This document shows, in pieces, positions 50,629-57,077 of a stretch of DNA of 57,077 nucleotides. Below the pieces are notes generated by a model. The model did not search any database. It saw nothing but the letters and a program-made list of their open reading frames with translations, and was not told the origin of the DNA. The stretch covers positions 141,673,527 through 141,730,603 of the forward strand of contig NC_068982.1 in assembly GCF_001194135.2 (NCBI RefSeq), read 5' to 3'. Numbering within the stretch: the first letter of the stretch is position 1; every line of letters starts with the position of its first letter. This stretch comes from Octopus bimaculoides (taxonomy: Eukaryota). The translations under genes and the position numbers were made by a program.

Positions 50629-50974
50629 GATATCATCTGCCTCTGTACAGCAGCCTCTGACCCATAAAGAAGCATTCTCTTATGCAATATTTTCGGTAAT
50701 ACTTAATACTTTAGTACAAGCGCAGTGCGGCGACTGCCCCACGGATCTGGTATCTATCACGCATTACTTTTCTTCAAACAATCTTCTCCCAATAATTTTC
50801 TATTCTCACTACTAAATATGAGGTGTACACATTTTCTGCCTCCGAACTAATCACTTCTGTTAATCCGTCTTACCTCAATTCTACTCGAGTCAGAATTTCA
50901 AACATAACATTTCGGGTTACAATCCAAATTATTCGTTCCACCACTGCTGCAAAACGCGTTTCTTCTGTCTATCA
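50629..50974 (-). mobile_element. Copy 2 of the 46781-47119 repeat (probable RTE/RTEX remnant)
   Basis: Collinear direct repeat with one 7-bp indel; LLYGSEA on the minus strand. Confidence 0.5.
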
Positions 50975-51309
50975 CTGACACATTTTTGTATTTTTAACGC
51001 TGTTTGTCTATAGGAGATATTTTTTGAGACGATTGCTTAAGTTTTAAGGATTTCAACTGTATATCTGCGTTCGATATGGTATACGGAATGTTAATTTGAT
51101 ATTGCTTCCATGGCATATATCTATTCATGGATGAGCATATATAAAAATATTTATATACAGGTAAACGTTAGAGGCGTTTAAAGCCTCTAAGGGATTCATA
51201 TACCCCGACGCACTTCTAGTAATTACCTCAGTAGGTATATTCCTTGATAAAAGGTATACAGCAGCAGGTACGGCAGGAGGTAATTTTGCGGATAACCGTA
51301 GTTTAATTG

Positions 51310-51480
51310 ATATAGACGAGATGAAAATGGAGGAAAAATAACAAACGGAAGTGTGTTCTTGCGCTAGTAAGCCATTATTTAATTAGTAAACTAAGGTGTC
51401 ACCTTTATTTACTAATTAAATAATAGCTTACTATCACAAAAGACACACTTCTGTTTGTTATTTTTCCTCCCTTTTCTCCT

Positions 51481-51489
<9 letters not shown>
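51310..51489. repeat. 180 bp near-loopless palindrome (MITE-like) abutting (TA)n
   Basis: The left arm atatagacgag...ttaattagtaaactaaggtg pairs with the right arm cacctttatttactaattaa...ttgtctatat; centre at ~51399. Confidence 0.85.
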
Positions 51490-51523
<34 letters not shown>

Positions 51524-51649
51524 CAAGCAAAACAGCTAGTTCTAAAATCTCTCTTAGATATCAACGCAGTAGCTCTACCGGGAGGTACTGTTCGTAGCAA
51601 CTTCAGCATGGCTGTTCTGTTCGACCGGACTTTACTGCGATTTTCCAAA

Positions 51650-52187
51650 CACAAGAGGACATCTTTTCTACCTGCAGAGCAGCATCCAATATATTGCGAG
51701 CAGGGAAACGAACTCCTACCAACTTCGAGTGACGGGACCAGAAGACAAGCCTGGTTTCGCGTTATTTCTGCCTCTCTACAGTACTGGATACCTCGTCTGC
51801 TACAGATGGCAGTAGCTCGCTTCTGCTTGCAGGATATATAATTTCAAGCGACACATAGTCAGTGATCTTGCAAGAAGCACAACAAATCTAGTTCTAAAAT
51901 CTAAGAGATGAATGCAATACTTGTACTAATAAGTAATGTTCGTAGCCATCTCAAGCAGACGAAGTTTCCACTACTGAAGAGAGGAAGAAATAGCCTGAAA
52001 CCATGCTCTTCTGCTGGTCCCGTCACTACAATTTGGTAGGGATTCTGTTGTCTTTACCAGACGAGGTATCCAGTACTGAATAGAGGCAGAAATAAACCGC
52101 AACCAGGCTGGTCTACTGGTCCCGTCGCTAGCAATTTTATCGGATGCAGCTGTGCATCGTTAAACAGCTAGAGATGTCCCCTAAGGG
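51650..52187. mobile_element. Probable piggyBac-type non-autonomous element with repeated subterminal units
   Basis: Right end AGGG|TTAA (52184-52191); ggacatct...gcagcatcc (51657-51687) is inverted relative to 52141-52179; a ~100 bp unit occurs once forward and twice reversed. Confidence 0.5.
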
Positions 52188-52797
52188 TTAAGAAATTGCA
52201 GTTAAATCCGATCGAAAGAAACAGCTATGTTGAAGTGGCTACGGACTTTCTTTATAGACATATATATGTTCTTTCACTTGTTTTAGTCATTAGACTGCGT
52301 CCATGCTGAGCAGCGCCTTTATATATATTTGTATCGTCTATCTGGATGTTTTTTTGTCCCTTTCTTGTAACACCTAACTGTCTGGATGTTTTGCGTTCTT
52401 GTCCAATTTTGTATTATATATACATATATATANNNNNNNNNNNNNNNNNNNNNNNNNNNNNNNNNNNNNNNNNNNNNNNNNNNNNNNNNNNNNNNNNNNN
52501 NNNNNNNNNNNNNNNNNNNNNNNNNNNNNNNNNNATATATATATATATATAAGGATACTGGAGAGAAACGGATACATAAATGATATGCACCAGGTAGGGT
52601 TGATTTAATTTTTAGTTGTCACCTATGGTCGAAAAAATACCCAGGAAAAATATTCAGGTTATGCTCACACAGAAAACGACCCCTACGAGTATTTAACGCC
52701 TAGGGGCTGGTCGAATGTATGCGTTGTGTTCATCATAAGTTGTTTGGTATTCTCTAGGCTGTCTAACGTGTCGTGACGCCTTATGGTGTATTATCAG

Positions 52798-52874
52798 CAA
52801 ATGAATGATAACAGACGATGGATAAATGTCATTCATGAACTGACATTTATCCATTGTCTGTTATTATTCATTTG
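52798..52874. repeat. 77 bp hairpin (34 bp stem, 9 nt loop)
   Basis: caaatgaatgataacagacgatggataaatgtca / tgacatttatccattgtctgttattattcatttg; only two non-Watson-Crick positions, both G-T. Confidence 0.9.
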
Positions 52875-52878
52875 TGTA

Positions 52879-52916
<38 letters not shown>

Positions 52917-53299
52917 TGTGTGTGCGTGTGTGTGCTTGTATTAACTTGCTGAAAAGAGTGACGTAACAACATACCGAAAAATCTTACAGTACACAGGACA
53001 TATTACAACTTAAAAATTGTTATTTATAATATTGAACTGGCGTAACGGTAGGAATTTTTTACATATATTTTCTAAAACCTGCTAGAGATTTTCAACTGAC
53101 CAGGAATAATATTTTAGAATTAGTAAATGGTTCCAAGTAAGATATAAAATGTTACATGCCGATGTGATACATTTAAATTCATCTAATGTGAAATTTATCA
53201 AATTTTGCAGAAATTTCATACACATGACCTTATTCAACTCGTTGTCTCTTGTAAGCTTTAACTCAATTAATTTTGAGACATTTGACATATTTGTGATCA

Positions 53300-53780
53300 T
53301 AGCGATCCGCATGACATACTGCGGATACTCTCGGTCTTGGAGTCTTGACTTTACACGGTATAAGACGGATATTGAAATTCATCAATGTCATTGTGGCGAA
53401 GAGGTTATCGATATGTGTTACCAATAGATTCTGAAGTAAATTTCTCAATAATCCGTTTTGAAATTGAATGAAGTTTTCTCCGGTATATTACTAATTATGA
53501 AACGAAAGATTTTGCTCACTCAGCGGGCAATTAATTTCGAGCTGTCAGAAGAATGTAAGAAAAGCATTGAAGCTCATTTCGACATTGCTGCTTATTGTTC
53601 CAGCAAGATTTGTTGTCAATGGTGCATCTGTTGGAACAACATGCCGGGAACCGAGCCAAATATTCCTTCACGCTATTTCCCGTCCAGAACGCAATGTTCG
53701 CTTTGAAAGAGTCAATATCCTTACATTCACTAACTACATTCTTATTATTTCCTTGAAGTGAAAAATTCTTGCTCATTCAA
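53300..53780 (-). mobile_element. hAT-type (Buster/Charlie-like) transposase remnant
   Basis: NFSLQGNNKNVVSECKDIDSFKANIAFW resembles LNELNLSLQG...IxSFKxKLxLW; EYP further downstream; decayed. Confidence 0.45.
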
Positions 53781-55131
53781 GGGAGTAAATACGTATAAGT
53801 ATGGCAAAATTTCTACAGACTCGGGGAATTAAACAAGGAAAAGTGGTCAAAACTACGAGATAACAAAGAAAGAAACTACTGATCTTTCTATGCTATACAA
53901 TAGCTCTATGCAAACAATTGATAGTTGTTTCTGTTCTGCCTGCTATACTATCATATTTATTACCCACCAACTCATCGAAATAGGATAATGCATCACAGAC
54001 TTCGTCATATCTATATGACCAAAATATATTGTTGATTACCAATAAACAGAACCTTAATAATTAGACCATGCGGGGAAAACTTATTAATACAAGAGTAACA
54101 TGATTATCAGAAACGGGATGTTTACAGTAATGAAGGTGCAAGCGTAACTTATAAGAGGATTTTTTATTCTTTTCTACTCAAGGCACATGGCCTGAAATTT
54201 GGGGGGAGGGGGCCAGTCGATACTCCATCGGGACTTCTCAGAAGTAATCAACAATTACATTCTCCTGTTGGAATCTAACGCATGACCAACCGATAATATG
54301 GTTATTATCCAACCATCTCTCACGTGGTTTAATCCGATTCTACTTTCGGTTGGCTTGGCTTGAAGAATCTATTTTTCGATACTTTTCTGCAGCATTCTAG
54401 TCATATATCTATGGTTCTGGAACTATGAACCTTCAAATTGGAGAGCTATTGAGATTGAGATATTCCCTGATCCCCAAACTACGGACCCCGTTGACTAAGG
54501 TTATTCAAGAGAACCTTCAACACTGCTTCTCCCGCTTGCATTCGCTATATATTAGGTGCATTGGGGCAATACAGAAAAAGGAACATTACTGGGCAGTAAT
54601 TGTTCTTTTAATAGAAACACAAATATTGTTTCAAATGCAATGAGACCAAATTAGTAACGAGCCAACGCCACAATAATTCACATATTATTACATTAACATT
54701 GCAAAATATATTATTCTGCTATCAACTAGTAATTACATTTACAGATAAAAATATTTTATAGTAAAGAGCAGATATGAAACACACAGACATAATTGTGTGT
54801 GTGTCAACTTCACACATCAAAAGGCACATCGTCAAGAAAGCAGTCGCTTATTCATATTATGAAAGCGTAGTTCAACTATACATTTATGTTTTATGATGTA
54901 ATTAAACGTTGAGAAAACACATATAATAGAGATAAGGGTGTAGATATTATGTTTTACGAAAGAATAGTGGGTAAAAACATACAATTATAGAGATTATAAA
55001 TATCGGAAGTATTAATGAATACTAACATATCAATAATAATTAAAACTATCACATTTCAGAGATTGCCCGTTATTATAATCATCAACACCCTCATCACCAA
55101 ACATAATCAATTTGATAGTGATATTAATAAC

Positions 55132-55240
55132 AAGAAGAAGAAGAAGAAGAAAAAGAAGAAGAAGAAGAAGAAGAAGAAGAAGAAGAAGAAGAAGAAGAAG
55201 AAGAAGAAGAAGAAGAAGAAGAAGAAGAAGAAGAAGAAGA
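55132..55240. repeat. (AAG)n microsatellite
   Basis: Read directly; source of the poly-K and poly-L ORFs. Confidence 0.97.
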
Positions 55241-55611
55241 TATACACGTATACGTATATATATGTAGAAAGATATCCACAGCTGTTTCTGCTGTTTCTTT
55301 GATATCACCATCATTATGCTAAAAATATATGTCATATTTGGTAATAAAACCGATTTGAATAATGGAGCTTCATCAGACTGGAAAATAAATAAATAAATAA
55401 AAAACAAATAAATAAATAAAAAAGTATAGACAAGAAAAGAAGAATCAAATAATGTTGCCTATGTATCTCCCTAGGATAATATTAAGTAAATGAGTAAATA
55501 TATAAAGGGGTATTCCGTTGGATAGCCCCATGTACGGTTGCATAGAGGGAATACATAAACAAAAAATAATAATAATAATGATAATAATAATAACAATAAG
55601 AAGAAGAAGAA

Positions 55612-55740
55612 GAATGTATTAGTTTAACGCTCGGGCAGTGAGAAAGTCTGTTACGTCTCGAGCCTACGCTCTTGGACAGAAAAGAACACATAAATAAACA
55701 AGGAGAGAAAATAGAAAAAGGGTTAGTGGCTAGTGTAATA
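55612..55740 (-). repeat. Second copy of the 48720 repeat family
   Basis: Reverse complement tctgtccaagagcgtaggctcgagacgtaacagactttctcactgcccgagcgttaaactaatac. Confidence 0.5.
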
Positions 55741-55972
55741 TAAATAAAATGGATTGTTTGAATTCAACAAAATCAATTTATTTGCATACCTGACGATTAC
55801 GTAATGCCTACGATCGTTTTAGTAATCACCTTCATTTATTTTGCAACTAACAATTGCATTATGAGTTCAGAAACCAGAATTCTCTTCAGGGCTACAAAAT
55901 CGACATAATTGTCTTTACATCTTAATAGATTGAGTGTTCATTATAGACTAAGATAGCAGCATGCGTTCTTTG

Positions 55973-56027
<55 letters not shown>

Positions 56028-56512
56028 GTATGTGTGAGTGAATGTATGGTAGTATTTTCGCATTTAAGCTTAATTGTCATAGGCGTTTTCTTTCTCTATG
56101 TGTGTTTGATTGACAGGTTACTTGTCTTTGGAGATTTTTTTCTAAAAATAACCAAAATTTATAGTTTCGTGTTAGCAGAACAGTGGCTAACTGCCGTCTC
56201 GGTGAATTTAGGTCAAATACTACCATGCCCCAAAGTAATTATTATTGGTTTTGAGAGTCAGGATGTTATTTTACTTTCTACTTACTTGCCGAAGGAATAA
56301 ACACTATCTGTATATATTTTATTTTCTAGTATCGAAATCTAATTGTCTTTTTTTCTCTATTTATATTTATAACTAAATTTAGAAAATTTTCATTTAATTT
56401 TAAAATTTAATATTTTTTTTTATTGTAGGTTTATTTGTTTTGTCACTCTTTAAGATTAATATTTGTTTTCCTGCTAATTGTATCTATTTCAATAAGGGCA
56501 TGATTTTCAATG

Positions 56513-56583
<71 letters not shown>

Positions 56584-56596
56584 GCACACAATTATA

Positions 56597-56925
56597 AATA
56601 TAAATAAGGGTAAAACGAAAAATATTTCTTTGCCAATATACTGAAAAATAGACGCTAAAACGTCTCACCACAAAATATTTTCACTTAAAACAGCACGTGC
56701 GACACGAAGAAAGTAAGCTAACTGAAATTCATAAAAATATATTTATGCCCGAGGATAACTATATATTGTTATGAATTTCTGGGGATGACCATATTTTTAT
56801 GAATTTCTCTTAGTTTGCTTTTCTCGTTTCTACAGTGAAAATATTCTGTGTAGTTAGACGTTTCAGCGTCTATTTTCCAGTATATTGGCAAATATCTTCT
56901 TTTTTCTTTTTACCCTTATCTATAA
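56597..56925. mobile_element. Foldback MITE-like element (~150 bp arms)
   Basis: ataagggtaaaa...tttgccaatatactgaaaaatagacgctaaaacgtct...aatattttcact...gaaattcataaaaatat is inverted at 56775-56920. Confidence 0.85.
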
Positions 56926-57077
56926 TTATCTTTACAATTTTCAAATTAAAAGGTATTTTCATATGCTGGACACTAATAAAAATGTTTAATAAAATTTTAT
57001 TCATATATTAGATGTATATATATATTAAGGCTCACAACTCTTTTCAAGTTACATGTATATATATATATATATATATA

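Noticed and set aside
46968-50815. Plus-strand ORFs 46968-47306 and 50558-50815 as tandem duplicated exons
   Set aside because: The copies differ by a 7-bp frameshifting indel, both have in-frame stops, substitutions are mostly non-synonymous, and the LINE-like motif is on the minus strand.
342-56300. Numerous ORFs containing X runs or [12 protein letters not shown]/poly-I/poly-L/poly-K
   Set aside because: These are translations of N-gaps and di- or trinucleotide microsatellites, including the longest ORFs (21567-22904, 32507-33574, 12601-13398).
1-57077. CRISPR array or prokaryotic operon/defence system
   Set aside because: There are no regularly spaced repeats with unique spacers and no gene-dense region; the sequence is a eukaryotic repeat landscape.

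Overview
This is a 57 kb eukaryotic, AT-rich, microsatellite-rich draft scaffold with many N-gaps. The SINE families look like those of an octopus-type cephalopod; this is inferred from recalled repeat families, not from a search. I find no supportable host protein-coding exon, tRNA/rRNA gene or CRISPR array, and most long ORFs in the track are microsatellite or gap artefacts. The window is a layered graveyard of transposable elements. It holds at least four tRNA-derived or SINE-like families (about 20 copies or fragments). It has two decayed R4/Dong-clade (RLE) LINEs plus a probable 3'-UTR stub, all abutting (TAA)n. A CR1/L2-type 3' end is nested in one of those LINEs. There are also RTE and Penelope-like remnants, two mariners (one with both TIRs and TA TSD), and piggyBac-, hAT- and Tc1-like remnants. 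Several non-coding foldback elements are present. I see no convincing new multi-gene system. The most interesting signals are structural: a 'palindrome of palindromes' element inserted with a TSD into a SINE, R4/Dong copies using (TAA)n and SINE tails as landing pads, a hammerhead-like core in a dispersed repeat, a Penelope-like ORF inflated by Asn-rich inserts, and a cluster of hairpins at 49-57 kb including a pre-miRNA-sized one. All alignments were done by eye and the boundaries of decayed elements are approximate.
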